Below, piece by piece: positions 18,406 to 28,766 of a stretch of DNA of 64,000 nucleotides; position 1 is the first letter of the stretch; each line of letters starts with the position of its first letter. The notes below the pieces were generated by a model. The model worked only from the letters and a program-made list of their open reading frames with translations, did no database searches and was not told the origin of the DNA. The translations under genes were made by a program, and so were the position numbers. The DNA is from Clostridiales bacterium (GTDB lineage Bacteria > Bacillota > Clostridia > Christensenellales > Pumilibacteraceae): assembly GCA_022508505.1 (NCBI GenBank), contig JAFLVC010000010.1, positions 6,055-70,054 of the forward strand, read 5' to 3'.

Positions 18406-18680
18406 TGAAGCACACGCCGCTTCGCTCTTGCATAGTCTGTCGTGAGCAGAAGGCAAAGAATGAGCTTGTGCGCATAGTTCGGCAAAGCGGCGGCGCGATA
18501 GCCGTCGACGTGACCGGGCGAATGGACGGGCGCGGCGCGTACGTTTGCCGCAACGACAAGTGCATAACGGAGCTTATAAAAAAGCGCGCGCTGAATCGCG
18601 TTTTCAAAACGCAAGTCGACGCGGAAGTTTATACGGCGCTACAAGAGGATTTGAAAAAGCTTTGCGATGAACACGAATGA
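18405..18680 (+). CDS. ylxR: YlxR/RnpM family nucleic-acid-binding protein
   Basis: PLRSCIVCRE..KNELVRIV, GRMDGRGAYVC; ATG overlaps the nusA stop. Confidence 0.92.
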   Translation: MKHTPLRSCIVCREQKAKNELVRIVRQSGGAIAVDVTGRMDGRGAYVCRNDKCITELIKKRALNRVFKTQVDAEVYTALQEDLKKLCDEHE

Positions 18681-18990
18681 CAAATTTATGGCGATATTGG
18701 GTTTTGCGCGGCGCGCCGGAAAGGTCAGGTACGGGCTCGACGAACTGAAAAAAGCGAAGTCCGTCAAGCTGTACGCGGTGTGCGTGAGCGCTTCCGACAA
18801 CCTCGTTTCCGACATGAAGGCGCTGTCAAGCAAAACGCACAAGCCGCTCGTCATAGCAAAGCGCGACTCGTTTACCGAAGGGAATTGCAAGGCGATAGGC
18901 ATTACCGATTCCAATATGGCAAGCGGAATGACCGAATACGCAAAAGACAACGAAGAATACGAATTTTACCGATTTACGGAGGATCGATAA
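18667..18990 (+). CDS. ylxQ: L7Ae-family RNA-binding protein (YlxQ-like)
   Basis: ILGFARRAGKVRYG, AIGITD..MA; position ylxR-ylxQ-infB. Confidence 0.8.
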   Translation: MNTNDKFMAILGFARRAGKVRYGLDELKKAKSVKLYAVCVSASDNLVSDMKALSSKTHKPLVIAKRDSFTEGNCKAIGITDSNMASGMTEYAKDNEEYEFYRFTEDR

Positions 18991-21531
18991 TTGTCAAACA
19001 ACGAGAACGTAACGAAAAGCGAGGAGACCGCGGCGAACTTCAAGGCTTTGCACGGTCTTGTGGAGAGCAATGAACTCGCAAGTTTTTTAAAACGCGTTGC
19101 GGAAATCAAAAAACGTGTGGAAAAGCTTTATGCTTCCGAGCGCGCAAGGCTCAATAGCCTGCGGCTAGAGCGCGCGCGCGCCGAAGAGGAAGAGCTTGCC
19201 GCAGAACGTGAAAAGTTCCTCGCCGCACAGGAAGCCAAGGCCGAAGCCGAAAATGCGAAAAGAGAGCAGCAGGCTGCCGCCGAAGCTGAGTCCGTTCCCG
19301 ATAAGAAGGAGAGCGACGCCGCAGTCGAAGCTCCGCCCGCAAAGGCGGAAGCAAAGCCGGCGGTTCAGGAGACTCAATCGAGTGCGACGCGCACGGCCAT
19401 TCCGAGCTATATAAGAGGCGTTGTCAAGCCTGCGCCGCGCACTGCGCCCGCGGATAAAAACGCACCTCGCGGAGACAGGCGTCCGCCGCTTAAAGGCGCC
19501 GCGCCGCGTCCTACGACGGGACGGCCTTCCACTTCGGCTCGACCCGCGCCGTTGCCTAAGTTCGAGCCGCCCGCGACCACTTCCAGAAAGCGCGAAGCAC
19601 CCGGCAAAAAGGCGTTTGTCAAGCCCGAGGACAAGAAGCAGATGTCCAAGCGCATGCTCATACGTAAGGGCTATATTCAAGAGAACGTCGACGAAGAGCG
19701 CATGGGTACGCGCAAGCTCAAGAACAAAAAGGTCAACAAGGTCGTACCGTTCACTCCGATAAAGATAGAAAACGCCGTCATCACCACCGAAAACCTTACG
19801 GTCAAGATTTTGTCCGAAAAGATAGGCAAGACGGCGCAGGAAATAATAAAGCAGCTCATGGAGCTCGGCATCATGACGACTATCAACTCCGTCGTAGATT
19901 TCCCGACCATGCAGCTCGTAGCCGACGCTCTCGGCGTCAATATCGAGCTTAAGCTTGAAAAGACCAAAGAAGAAGAGCTCACCGCGCTCCACGCCGAGCC
20001 CGATCCCGAGGAAAGCCTCGTCAAGCGCCCGCCGATCGTTACCGTCATGGGTCACGTCGACCACGGCAAAACCTCGCTCCTCGATACCATACGCAAGACT
20101 TCGGTCGTCAGCGGCGAGGCGGGCGGCATAACTCAGCATATCGGCGCGTACGCGGTCGAAGCGGGCGGCGAGACCATTACGTTCCTCGACACTCCCGGTC
20201 ACGAAGCGTTTACCGAAATGCGTCGGCGCGGCGCAACAGTCACCGATATCGCGGTTCTTATTGTCGCGGCTGACGACGGCGTAATGCCGCAGACGATTGA
20301 GGCGATACACCACGCTAAGGCGGCTGACGTTCCCATGGTCGTCGCCATCAACAAGATAGATAAGTCGGGCGCCAACCCCGACAGGATTAAGCAGCAGCTC
20401 GCCGAGCACGACGTCATCTGCGAGGAATGGGGCGGCGACGTTCCCATGGTGCCCATTTCCGCGAAGCAGAACATAGGCATAGATAAGCTGCTCGAAACGA
20501 TACTCCTTATGTCGGAGATCAAGGGCTGCCGCGCCAATCCAAACCGCAGTGCGCGCGGCTACGTCATCGAAGCTCGGCTCGACAAGGGCAAGGGCCCGAT
20601 TGCTACGGTAATCGTGCAGAACGGAACGCTCCGCGTCGGAGATTATATCGTTTCGGGCACGACGTACGGCAGAGTGCGCTCGCTCACCGACGACAAGGGC
20701 AGGAACATCAAAGCCGCAGGTCCGTCCATGCCTGTTGCTGTGTTCGGCTTGGCGCAGGTTCCGACGGCGGGCGATCCGATCGTCGCCGTCGAGAGCGAAA
20801 AGATGGCGCGTCAGGTCATCGAGGAGCGTGAAGCGAAAGCCAAAAACGAGCTTCTCAATGCGACGCCGTCCGCCGACCTCGAAACGGCGTTCCGCGGCAT
20901 AAACGACGCCAAGTACAAAGAATACAAGATAGTAGTCAAGGCAGACGTGCAGGGCTCTGCCGAGGCTTTGAAGGAAGCGCTCTTAAAGCTGTCCGATGAC
21001 GAGGTAAAGGTCAGTATCGTTCACGCGGGCGTCGGCGCTATCAATCAGTCCGACGTCATGATGGCAGATGTCGCAAAAGCGAGCATAATCGGCTTTAACG
21101 TCAAGCCCGACAGCGAGGGCAGGACGGCGGCTGAGCGCATGGGCATCAAGATTGGGCTGTACAATATAATCTACGAGGTGCTTGACGACGTTCGTGCCGC
21201 AATGGACGACATGCTCGCGCCTAAGTTTGTTGAGCGCACAACGGGTAAGGCACAGGTCCGCATGACGTTCAAGGTTTCGGGCATCGGCATTGTCGCGGGT
21301 AGCTACGTGCAAAACGGCAAGATTGTCAGAAGCGGCAAGGCGCGCCTTTACCGCAACGGCTCGCTGATATTCGACGGCAACATCGTAGGTCTCAAGCGCT
21401 ATAAGGACGATGCGAAAGAGGTTACTATCGGACTTGAATGCGGCATTGCTCTCGACGGATTTACCGACTTTATGGAAAACGATGAGATAGAGTGCTACGT
21501 CGTCGAGCGCGAGACCAAGGACAACAAGTAG
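18991..21531 (+). CDS. infB: Translation initiation factor IF-2
   Basis: RPPIVTVMGHVDHGKTSLLD, GGITQHIGAY, DTPGHEAF, NKIDK, IVVKADVQGSAEAL. Confidence 0.98.
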   Translation: MSNNENVTKSEETAANFKALHGLVESNELASFLKRVAEIKKRVEKLYASERARLNSLRLERARAEEEELAAEREKFLAAQEAKAEAENAKREQQAAAEAESVPDKKESDAAVEAPPAKAEAKPAVQETQSSATRTAIPSYIRGVVKPAPRTAPADKNAPRGDRRPPLKGAAPRPTTGRPSTSARPAPLPKFEPPATTSRKREAPGKKAFVKPEDKKQMSKRMLIRKGYIQENVDEERMGTRKLKNKKVNKVVPFTPIKIENAVITTENLTVKILSEKIGKTAQEIIKQLMELGIMTTINSVVDFPTMQLVADALGVNIELKLEKTKEEELTALHAEPDPEESLVKRPPIVTVMGHVDHGKTSLLDTIRKTSVVSGEAGGITQHIGAYAVEAGGETITFLDTPGHEAFTEMRRRGATVTDIAVLIVAADDGVMPQTIEAIHHAKAADVPMVVAINKIDKSGANPDRIKQQLAEHDVICEEWGGDVPMVPISAKQNIGIDKLLETILLMSEIKGCRANPNRSARGYVIEARLDKGKGPIATVIVQNGTLRVGDYIVSGTTYGRVRSLTDDKGRNIKAAGPSMPVAVFGLAQVPTAGDPIVAVESEKMARQVIEEREAKAKNELLNATPSADLETAFRGINDAKYKEYKIVVKADVQGSAEALKEALLKLSDDEVKVSIVHAGVGAINQSDVMMADVAKASIIGFNVKPDSEGRTAAERMGIKIGLYNIIYEVLDDVRAAMDDMLAPKFVERTTGKAQVRMTFKVSGIGIVAGSYVQNGKIVRSGKARLYRNGSLIFDGNIVGLKRYKDDAKEVTIGLECGIALDGFTDFMENDEIECYVVERETKDNK

Positions 21532-21546
21532 GAGAATGGGCATACT

Positions 21547-21906
21547 GTGAAGTCTCGTTCCACAAGCCACAGAACAGAACGCGTCGCGAGCGTAATAAAG
21601 CGCAACGTCGCGGTGATTATCGAAACCGAAATATCCGACCCGCGCATTCACGGCGTGAGCGTCGTCGATGTTTCGGTTTCGCCCGATTTGAGATACGCCA
21701 CGGTGTGGGTGTACATTTACGGCAACGACGAAGACGTTCTCGACGCGCTTAGAAACAGCGCGGGATTCGTCAGGCGGCTTTTGTCCGAGCAGATGAGCGA
21801 AATGCGCGTCATACCGCAGATACGGTTCGAGCTCGACAAATCCCAATCGTATTACGAGCGCATAGACAAAGTTATTAAAGGGCTGCATGATGGAGAAAGT
21901 AACTGA
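21547..21906 (+). CDS. rbfA: Ribosome-binding factor A
   Basis: RTERVASVIKR, ISDPRI, VSVSPDLRYATVWV, AGFVR, IPQIRFELD; GTG start. Confidence 0.93.
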   Translation: MKSRSTSHRTERVASVIKRNVAVIIETEISDPRIHGVSVVDVSVSPDLRYATVWVYIYGNDEDVLDALRNSAGFVRRLLSEQMSEMRVIPQIRFELDKSQSYYERIDKVIKGLHDGESN

Positions 21907-22846
21907 AATAATCGACGCGATAAAGCGCAGTAAAAACGTGCTCGTTTGCGGGCACGTTCGGCCGGACGGGGATTGCATCGGCTCGGCTCTTGCCATGCGC
22001 CGCATATGCGAAAAACTCGGCAAGAATGCCGACGCGGTTTGCGACATTGAATCCGACAAGCCGACCGCGTTTTTTTATTTGCCCGATTACGACGGTTTCT
22101 GCACGACGAGGTTTGAAGATTACGATCTTCTAATTGCGGTTGACTGCGGCGACGAAAAGCGCTTGGGTGAGTACCGCAAGTATCTTGATTCCGCCAAAAA
22201 CTCGATAAATATCGACCATCATCCGACGAATAACGGTTATGCGAAAATCAACCGCGTCGACACTCAAGCGTCGAGCACGTGCGAGATTATATATAATCTG
22301 TTCAAGGACAGCAGAATTATCGACAAGGATATAGCGGAAATGCTTTATACGGGTCTGTCGACCGATACGGGGCATTTCATGCACGCAAATACCGACGCGG
22401 AGGTATTTGCCATAGCAGCCGCGCTGTGCGGCTACGGGCTCGATATAGGCAGGATAAACCACGATCTTTACTGCAATAACAGCGCGAACAGAATGCGCCT
22501 GACGGCTCGCGCAATCGACAGCATAAGACTGCACGCAGACGGCAGAATCGCGGTCATGACTATAACCCTCGACGACTTAAAGGCGTGCGGCTGCGACACG
22601 TCTGACACCGAGGGGCTTATCGACTACGCCTCGAGCATTTCGGGCGTCGGCATTTCGATTGCCATGTGCGAGCGGCCGGGAAACGTTTTCAGAGTCTCTC
22701 TGCGCTCCGTCAAGGCGGACGTTTCGGCGGTTGCCGGAGTGTTCGGCGGCGGCGGACACAAGCTCGCTTCCGGCTGTATAATAAACGGCAACCGTTACGA
22801 CGTTGCCGAAAAGGTGATAAAGGCCGCGACGGCGGCGCTCTCATGA
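21887..22846 (+). CDS. nrnA: DHH-family nano-RNase / pAp phosphatase
   Basis: GHVRPDGDCIGS, IDHH, TDTGHF, GGGGHKLASG. Confidence 0.92.
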   Translation: MMEKVTEIIDAIKRSKNVLVCGHVRPDGDCIGSALAMRRICEKLGKNADAVCDIESDKPTAFFYLPDYDGFCTTRFEDYDLLIAVDCGDEKRLGEYRKYLDSAKNSINIDHHPTNNGYAKINRVDTQASSTCEIIYNLFKDSRIIDKDIAEMLYTGLSTDTGHFMHANTDAEVFAIAAALCGYGLDIGRINHDLYCNNSANRMRLTARAIDSIRLHADGRIAVMTITLDDLKACGCDTSDTEGLIDYASSISGVGISIAMCERPGNVFRVSLRSVKADVSAVAGVFGGGGHKLASGCIINGNRYDVAEKVIKAATAALS

Positions 22847-23700
22847 ACGGACTGATAAGCCTGTATAAGCCGCCCATGATGTCGTCCGCGCAGGCCGTCG
22901 CAAGGGTTAGGCGCATTCTCGGAGTAAAAACCGTCGGGCATATGGGTACGCTTGACCCTATGGCGGAAGGCGTGCTCGTCATCGGCGTAGGCAAGTCGAC
23001 GCGGCTTTTCGACTATCTTATAAACCGCAGAAAAACGTATATGGCAAAGTTCGAGTTCGGCTATGCGACGGATACGCTCGACGCGCTCGGAAAAACGGTT
23101 GCTACGACGTCGGACATTCCGTCGGCGGAGTCCGTTCTCGGCGCCATGCGGTCTATGATCGGCAAAATCGAGCAGGTCCCGCCGGAATACAGTGCAAAGC
23201 ACGTCGGCGGTAAGCGCGCGTACGCCTTGGCGCGAAACGGGCAATCGGTAGAGCTTAAACCGTCGACGGTCGAGGTTTACGACGCACAGCTCGTCTGTCA
23301 GCCAAAGCCCAACGAGACGGTGTTTTTAATAGAATGCTCGGCAGGCACATATATCCGCTCGCTCTGCCGCGACGCCGCTAAAATGTGCGGTTCGCTCGCG
23401 ACGCTTACGTACTTACAGCGCACCAAGTCGGGCTGCTTCGACGTTTCTGACAGCATATCGCTCGACGCGCTCGAGGTGCGAGGAGAAAGCGCGATAATCC
23501 CTCCCGACTTTGCGCTCGGCAACATGCAAAGAGTCGATGTTCCGATAGAGCTGAAGACAGACTTACGGCACGGCAGGAAAATCGAATGCGATTTCGACGG
23601 TGACGCAACTATTTATTGCGACGGTGAGCTGTACGGGATAGGAAGGTGCGAGGGCGGTATGCTCAAGCTTAAGACATATTTGAAGGAGGATGCGGAATGA
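22843..23700 (+). CDS. truB: tRNA pseudouridine(55) synthase
   Basis: MNGLISLYKP, VGHMGTLDPMAEGVL, PPEYSA, CSAGTYIRSL; ATG 22843 overlaps the nrnA stop. Confidence 0.96.
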   Translation: MNGLISLYKPPMMSSAQAVARVRRILGVKTVGHMGTLDPMAEGVLVIGVGKSTRLFDYLINRRKTYMAKFEFGYATDTLDALGKTVATTSDIPSAESVLGAMRSMIGKIEQVPPEYSAKHVGGKRAYALARNGQSVELKPSTVEVYDAQLVCQPKPNETVFLIECSAGTYIRSLCRDAAKMCGSLATLTYLQRTKSGCFDVSDSISLDALEVRGESAIIPPDFALGNMQRVDVPIELKTDLRHGRKIECDFDGDATIYCDGELYGIGRCEGGMLKLKTYLKEDAE

Positions 23701-24578
23701 AAGAGCTCGATAGGAATACGCCGGTTTGCCTTGCGCTCGGCTATTTCGACAGCGTTCATCTCGGGCACAGAAAGCTCATAGAATATGCAAACGGCTATTC
23801 CGATGCCCACGGCGTAAAGTCGGCTGTCGCAACCTTTTCAAACAACGCCTACAAGGTTTTCAATAAGGATGAAAAATCGGTATATACATACAGTGAGCGG
23901 TGCGAGATTCTGAGCGAGCTTTGCGAGCTTGTGCTTCCAATGCGCTTTGACGCCCGCCTCAAAAACATGGAAGCGACCGAGTTTTTGGACGCGCTCTTTT
24001 CGCATTACGATATTAAAGCGGCGGTGTGCGGATACGACTATCTGTTCGGCGCGGGCGCAAAAGGCGACGCCGAATTTTTGACGAATTACTGCGCGGCGCA
24101 CGGCGTGGATTGCCGCGTGTTCGGCAAGTTCGAGCTCGACGGCGAGCGCGTGTCGACTTCGAGAGTAAAAGAGCTTCTCGCTCTCGGCGATATCGAGCGG
24201 GCAAACGCACTTCTCGGCGCGCCGTTCATGATGCGCGGGAAAGTAGTCAAGGGCAGAGGCGCAGGTCGCATGTTTGACATTCCGACCGCCAATTTAAAAA
24301 TATCCGTCGATAAGCTGCTGCCAAAGGCAGGAGTTTACGGCACGACGGTCAAGATAGCCGACGCCACTTACAGCGGCGCGACAAATATAGGCGGACGCCC
24401 GACCTTCGGGCTTACAAAAAAAGTCGTTGAGACTATGATTGACGGCTTTGACGACAATATTTACGACAAGGAAATTACGGTATATTTCCATAAATATATT
24501 CGTCCTGTGCAGAAGTTTGAAACGCCTGCGGCGCTTTCGGCGCAGGTGCACAGCGACCTCAAGTGGAGCGAAAAATGA
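23697..24578 (+). CDS. ribF: Bifunctional riboflavin kinase / FAD synthetase
   Basis: LGYFDSVHLGH, VSTSRVK, GRMFDIPTAN, ATNIGGRPTF, VETMI. Confidence 0.93.
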   Translation: MKELDRNTPVCLALGYFDSVHLGHRKLIEYANGYSDAHGVKSAVATFSNNAYKVFNKDEKSVYTYSERCEILSELCELVLPMRFDARLKNMEATEFLDALFSHYDIKAAVCGYDYLFGAGAKGDAEFLTNYCAAHGVDCRVFGKFELDGERVSTSRVKELLALGDIERANALLGAPFMMRGKVVKGRGAGRMFDIPTANLKISVDKLLPKAGVYGTTVKIADATYSGATNIGGRPTFGLTKKVVETMIDGFDDNIYDKEITVYFHKYIRPVQKFETPAALSAQVHSDLKWSEK

Positions 24579-25426
24579 TAAGGATAGGACCTTCTGGCAA
24601 CAGCGACGCTTTTTATGCGTCGGGGAGAAAGCATACGTATCAAGAAGCGGAGTTTTTGCATTCACTCGGGCTCAACGCCTTCGAGTACTCGTTTGGGCGC
24701 GGCGTTTCCATGTCGGACGACACGGCGAGCAAAATCAAATCGGAGTTTAGCAAGTACGATATCGCAATCAGCGCGCACGCGCCGTACTACACTAATTTCG
24801 CAAACCCCGATCCCGAGATGATAAAAAAGTCGATAAGCTACGTGCTTCAGTCGATATCTGCTGTCAATCGGATGGGCGGCGAGCGCGTCGTTGTTCACCC
24901 TGCGGCGTGCGGAAAGGTCACTCGCGCCGAGGCGGTAGCGGAGACTAAGCGCAACCTCGTGCTTCTCGGCGAGGCGGTCGACGGCATAGATTACGGTTTC
25001 AAGGTCTGCTTGGAGACAATGGGAAAGCTCAACCAGATAGGAACGGTTGAGGAGGTAGTCGACTTTTGCCTTATTCATAAGGACTTTTATCCGTGCTTCG
25101 ACTTCGGGCATATCAATTCGTACATGCGCGGCGGGCTGAAGGGCAAAGACGATTATAAGCGCATACTCGACTACACGATTGATAAACTCGGGTTTGAAAA
25201 GGCGTCGAATATGCACGTGCATTTTTCCAAAATACAGTACGGCGACAAGGGCGAGATACGGCATTTGACGTTCGAGGACACCGAGTACGGTCCGGAGTAC
25301 GGCCCGCTTGCCGAGCTTTTCGACGAGTACAAAATGTCGCCTTATATCGTTTGCGAGTCAAACGGCACGATGTCGGACGACGCACTTGCAATGAAAAATA
25401 TGCACAAAAGCATTTACAAAGGCTGA
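24575..25426 (+). CDS. nfo: Endonuclease IV-like TIM-barrel AP endonuclease
   Basis: ISAHAPYYTN, VVVHP, LETMGKLNQIG, CFDFGH, HVHFS, IVCES; ATGA overlap with ribF. Confidence 0.8.
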   Translation: MIRIGPSGNSDAFYASGRKHTYQEAEFLHSLGLNAFEYSFGRGVSMSDDTASKIKSEFSKYDIAISAHAPYYTNFANPDPEMIKKSISYVLQSISAVNRMGGERVVVHPAACGKVTRAEAVAETKRNLVLLGEAVDGIDYGFKVCLETMGKLNQIGTVEEVVDFCLIHKDFYPCFDFGHINSYMRGGLKGKDDYKRILDYTIDKLGFEKASNMHVHFSKIQYGDKGEIRHLTFEDTEYGPEYGPLAELFDEYKMSPYIVCESNGTMSDDALAMKNMHKSIYKG

Positions 25427-25466
25427 AAGGTGTGGTATAATGATATGAAAGAGGCGAATAGATACA

Positions 25467-26519
25467 ATGATTACAGCAGATTTATTCGAGAATAACGGGA
25501 AGATTGACGCATTCGTATTTCTCGGCGAATCCAACCGCTTTTACTTTACGCGTTGCGAGACCTCGTTCGGCGCAGTGATAATCACGCCGGATACGAACGT
25601 GTTCATCACCGATTTCAGATACGAAGCGGAAGTGCGCGAAAAGGTTAGGGACTTCGATATAGTGATATCGACGTTTGCCGAGTTTTACGACAAGATTTCG
25701 GAAACGCTTACCAAAATCGGCGCAAAAACAGTCGGTTACGAAGAGACAATGCCGGTCGGCGAGTTCAACGCGTTAAAGTCCGCGCTCAAAGAATTCAAGC
25801 TCAAGCCCGCAACCGATATAATCGATATGAAGCGCGCCGTAAAGACGCAAGAAGAAATCGGCTTTATCACTTCCGCTCAGCGCATAGCAGAGCGCGCGCT
25901 TGCTAAGGCGATGTCGATTGTAAAGCCCGGCATAACCGAGCGCGAGCTCATGGCGGAAATCAACTACGAGATGATTATGGCGGGCGCCGAAAAGTACGCA
26001 TTCGAGACGATAACGGCATTCGGTGCAAATTCCGCACAGCCGCATCACCATCCGTCCGACAAAAAGCTCGACAAAGACGAGCTCATTCTCGTCGACATGG
26101 GCGCTAAATACAAGGGCTACTGCTCTGACATGACGCGCACGTTCTGTCTCGGCAATCCCGGCGAGGAGCTTACCCGCGTGTACGAGATTGTCAAGGCTGC
26201 ACAGGAGTATGCAATTAAACACATCAAAGCCGGTATGACCTGTAACGACGCTGATTCGCTCGCGAGGGAGTACATCTACGCCAACGGTTACGGCAACAAC
26301 TTCGGACATTCGTTCGGCCACGGCGTCGGTATCGACATTCACGAAACGCCGCGCGTAGGCGCCAAGTCGGACTTCGTTCTTCAACCCAACATGGTAATCA
26401 CCGCAGAGCCCGGAATATACATTCAAGGGCTTGGCGGAGTGCGTATCGAGGATATGCTCGTCGTCGGAGAAAAAGGCGTGACGAACTTAACCGAGTACGA
26501 CAAAAAATTAAGTATATAA
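25467..26519 (+). CDS. Xaa-Pro aminopeptidase (M24 family)
   Basis: ILVDMGA..GYCSDMTRTF, FGHSFGHGVGIDIHE, ITAEPGIY..GLGGVRIED; typically upstream of efp. Confidence 0.93.
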   Translation: MITADLFENNGKIDAFVFLGESNRFYFTRCETSFGAVIITPDTNVFITDFRYEAEVREKVRDFDIVISTFAEFYDKISETLTKIGAKTVGYEETMPVGEFNALKSALKEFKLKPATDIIDMKRAVKTQEEIGFITSAQRIAERALAKAMSIVKPGITERELMAEINYEMIMAGAEKYAFETITAFGANSAQPHHHPSDKKLDKDELILVDMGAKYKGYCSDMTRTFCLGNPGEELTRVYEIVKAAQEYAIKHIKAGMTCNDADSLAREYIYANGYGNNFGHSFGHGVGIDIHETPRVGAKSDFVLQPNMVITAEPGIYIQGLGGVRIEDMLVVGEKGVTNLTEYDKKLSI

Positions 26520-26539
26520 TTTTCGGAGGATAATTTTTT

Positions 26540-27100
26540 ATGGTAACGGCAGGAGATTTCCGCAAGGGCACGACTTTCGAAATGGACGGAAAGGTCTATA
26601 CGGTTGTCGAGTTTCAACACGTCAAGCCCGGTAAGGGTTCGGCGTTCGTCCGCACAAAGATCAAAAACGTAATTACGGGACAAGTTCTCGAAAATACGTT
26701 CAACCCGTCGGACAAGTACGAGGAAGCGCACATCGACAGGCGCGAGTACCAGTATTCGTACAGCGACGGCGACCTCTACTACTTCATGGATACCGAAACG
26801 TTCGAGATGTTGCCGCTCAACCGCGAGACGTGCGAGGACGCCTTGAGGTTTATCAAGGAAGAGATGACCGTCACGATTTCGTCGTACAAGGGTTCGCCGT
26901 TTGCGGTGGAGCCGCCCAACTTCGTCGAGCTCGTCATAGCCGAGACCGAAGCGGGAATACAGGGCGACACCAGCAAGCCCGGCAACAAGCCTGCGACGCT
27001 TGAGACCGGCTTTACAATCGGCGTTCCGCTCTTTGTCACGACGGGCGACAAGATTCGAGTCGACACCCGCACGGGAACGTACATGGAACGCGTTAAGTAA
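26540..27100 (+). CDS. efp: Elongation factor P
   Basis: [35 protein letters not shown]. Confidence 0.98.
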   Translation: MVTAGDFRKGTTFEMDGKVYTVVEFQHVKPGKGSAFVRTKIKNVITGQVLENTFNPSDKYEEAHIDRREYQYSYSDGDLYYFMDTETFEMLPLNRETCEDALRFIKEEMTVTISSYKGSPFAVEPPNFVELVIAETEAGIQGDTSKPGNKPATLETGFTIGVPLFVTTGDKIRVDTRTGTYMERVK

Positions 27101-27116
27101 TTTAATGACACAGGCT

Positions 27117-27141
27117 AAGGACTCTTCGGAGTCCTTTTTTT
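27117..27141 (+). terminator. Intrinsic terminator after efp
   Basis: AAGGACTC-TTCG-GAGTCCTT (cUUCGg loop) plus T run. Confidence 0.9.
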
Positions 27142-27155
27142 GTGCCGTTTTCGGG

Positions 27156-27184
27156 GCATAATCGCAGGCGCAAACCCATAAATA
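27156..27184 (+). promoter_or_regulatory. sigmaE-like promoter of the spoIIIA operon, 7 nt before ATG
   Basis: GCATAAT-N14-CATAAATA versus B. subtilis sigmaE consensus (G/T)HATAXX-N14-CATAcahT. Confidence 0.6.
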
Positions 27185-27191
27185 TAACGGT

Positions 27192-28082
27192 ATGGAAGAG
27201 TTTTTCAAGCTTATACCGGACAAGCTTGCCGAGGTTATCATATCAAGGCTCGCGTTTGACAAGATAAACGAGTTGCGCATAAGAAACGCACGCCCTGTAG
27301 TGATAGGCTATGACGGAGTGTATTATTATCTCGGCAAGACGGGCCTAATGAAGGACGCCGCCGCCGCTTTCGTATCGTCAGACAACGAGGCGGAAAGGAT
27401 TGTCATGCGCGCGTGCGAGCGGTCGCTGTACACCGTTACCGACACTTTGCGGCGCGGGTACGTCTCTGTTTCGGGCGGGATAAGGATAGGCGTTTGCGGA
27501 AACGTCGTCGTAGGCAGCGGCGGGACGCTCGCGCTGAAAAACTTTTCTTCGGTCAATATAAGACTGCCGCACCAAGTGAAGGGGTGCGCCGCAGGCGTGT
27601 ACGCAAGGCTCGCCTCGGCGGGGCTTTGCAACGTGCTTTTGATTTCTCCGCCCGGCGCAGGCAAGACGACGGTGCTGCGCGACCTGTGCAGGCTTATTTC
27701 GGATCGCGGCGCCAACGTACTGCTGTGCGACGAAAGATACGAGATAGCGTCCTGTCGGGACGGCGTGGCCACGCTCGACGTCGGGGCGTGTACCGACGTT
27801 ATGAGCGGCATGGATAAGCGCGAGGTGTTTGAAATAGCGATAGCTTCAATGCGACCTGACGTCATTGTTACGGACGAGCTGTTCGGCAGGGATATAGATG
27901 CGCTGAGTAAAGCTGTGCACTGCGGCGTTTATGTAATAGCCACGGTGCATGCTCGAGACGTTGCCGACTTCAAAGCGAAGGCAGAGTACGCGGAAATAAT
28001 ATCGAACAATATTTTTTCGCAGTACGTCGAGATTGCCGACAGCCCCACGAGAAGCGTTAGAGTTATAGGAGCGACGGCATGA
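27192..28082 (+). CDS. spoIIIAA: Stage III sporulation protein AA (ATPase)
   Basis: ELRIR, GYVSVSGGIRIGVCG, SSVNIR, PPGAGKTTVLRDL, DERYEIA, MRPDVIVTDE. Confidence 0.95.
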   Translation: MEEFFKLIPDKLAEVIISRLAFDKINELRIRNARPVVIGYDGVYYYLGKTGLMKDAAAAFVSSDNEAERIVMRACERSLYTVTDTLRRGYVSVSGGIRIGVCGNVVVGSGGTLALKNFSSVNIRLPHQVKGCAAGVYARLASAGLCNVLLISPPGAGKTTVLRDLCRLISDRGANVLLCDERYEIASCRDGVATLDVGACTDVMSGMDKREVFEIAIASMRPDVIVTDELFGRDIDALSKAVHCGVYVIATVHARDVADFKAKAEYAEIISNNIFSQYVEIADSPTRSVRVIGATA

Positions 28083-28564
28083 CGAATAAGCTGTTTATAT
28101 TGGTGATCTGCGCCGCTGTAGGCACTGCCGCCGGGTTTATTGTGATGAAGACGTACAAAAGAAAGCATGCGTACCTCGTCGGCGTTTGCGACATGATCGG
28201 CGAGCTGAAACGCAATATTTCGTATCGAAACGACAGCGCGGCGAGCATACTCGGAGCGTTCGACACGGAAAGTACTCAGCTTAAAAAGAACATAGGCGAG
28301 TACATAGCTTATACCGAAGCAAAGGATGGAAAGCTCGACATAAGTCGCGGCTTTTTGTCGAGCGGAGATCATGCCAAGGTTAAGGAACTGTTCGGCGCTC
28401 TCGGCACGAGCGACGGTGCGTCGCAGATGGAGCGGCTAAACTCGTTTTCGAAGCTGTTCGAGGACATGAGGGATAAGGCGGGCGAAAAATCGGACAAGTA
28501 CGGCGCGCTGTCCGTTAAACTCGGGTTTTTATTTGGGCTCGGCGTCGGGGTGCTGTTTTTGTAG
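28079..28564 (+). CDS. spoIIIAB: Stage III sporulation protein AB
   Basis: N- and C-terminal TM helices, ELKRNISY, LGTSD, C-terminal LGFLFGLGVGVLFL; operon position. Confidence 0.85.
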   Translation: MTNKLFILVICAAVGTAAGFIVMKTYKRKHAYLVGVCDMIGELKRNISYRNDSAASILGAFDTESTQLKKNIGEYIAYTEAKDGKLDISRGFLSSGDHAKVKELFGALGTSDGASQMERLNSFSKLFEDMRDKAGEKSDKYGALSVKLGFLFGLGVGVLFL

Positions 28565-28568
28565 GATT

Positions 28569-28766
28569 ATGGATATAGGCATAATATTCAAAATTGCCGC
28601 CGTCGGGCTTATCACGGCGATGCTCAATCAGCTTTTGAAAAAAGCGGACAAGGACGAAATCGCTACGCTCGTGACGCTCGCGGGTTTGGTCATCGTGCTC
28701 ATCATGGTCATCGACATGATAGGGCAGCTTTTCGGCACGCTTAAAACGGTATTCGGAATGTACTGA
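28569..28766 (+). CDS. spoIIIAC: Stage III sporulation protein AC
   Basis: MDIGIIFKIAAVGLITAMLNQLLKKADKDEIATLVTLAG. Confidence 0.95.
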   Translation: MDIGIIFKIAAVGLITAMLNQLLKKADKDEIATLVTLAGLVIVLIMVIDMIGQLFGTLKTVFGMY

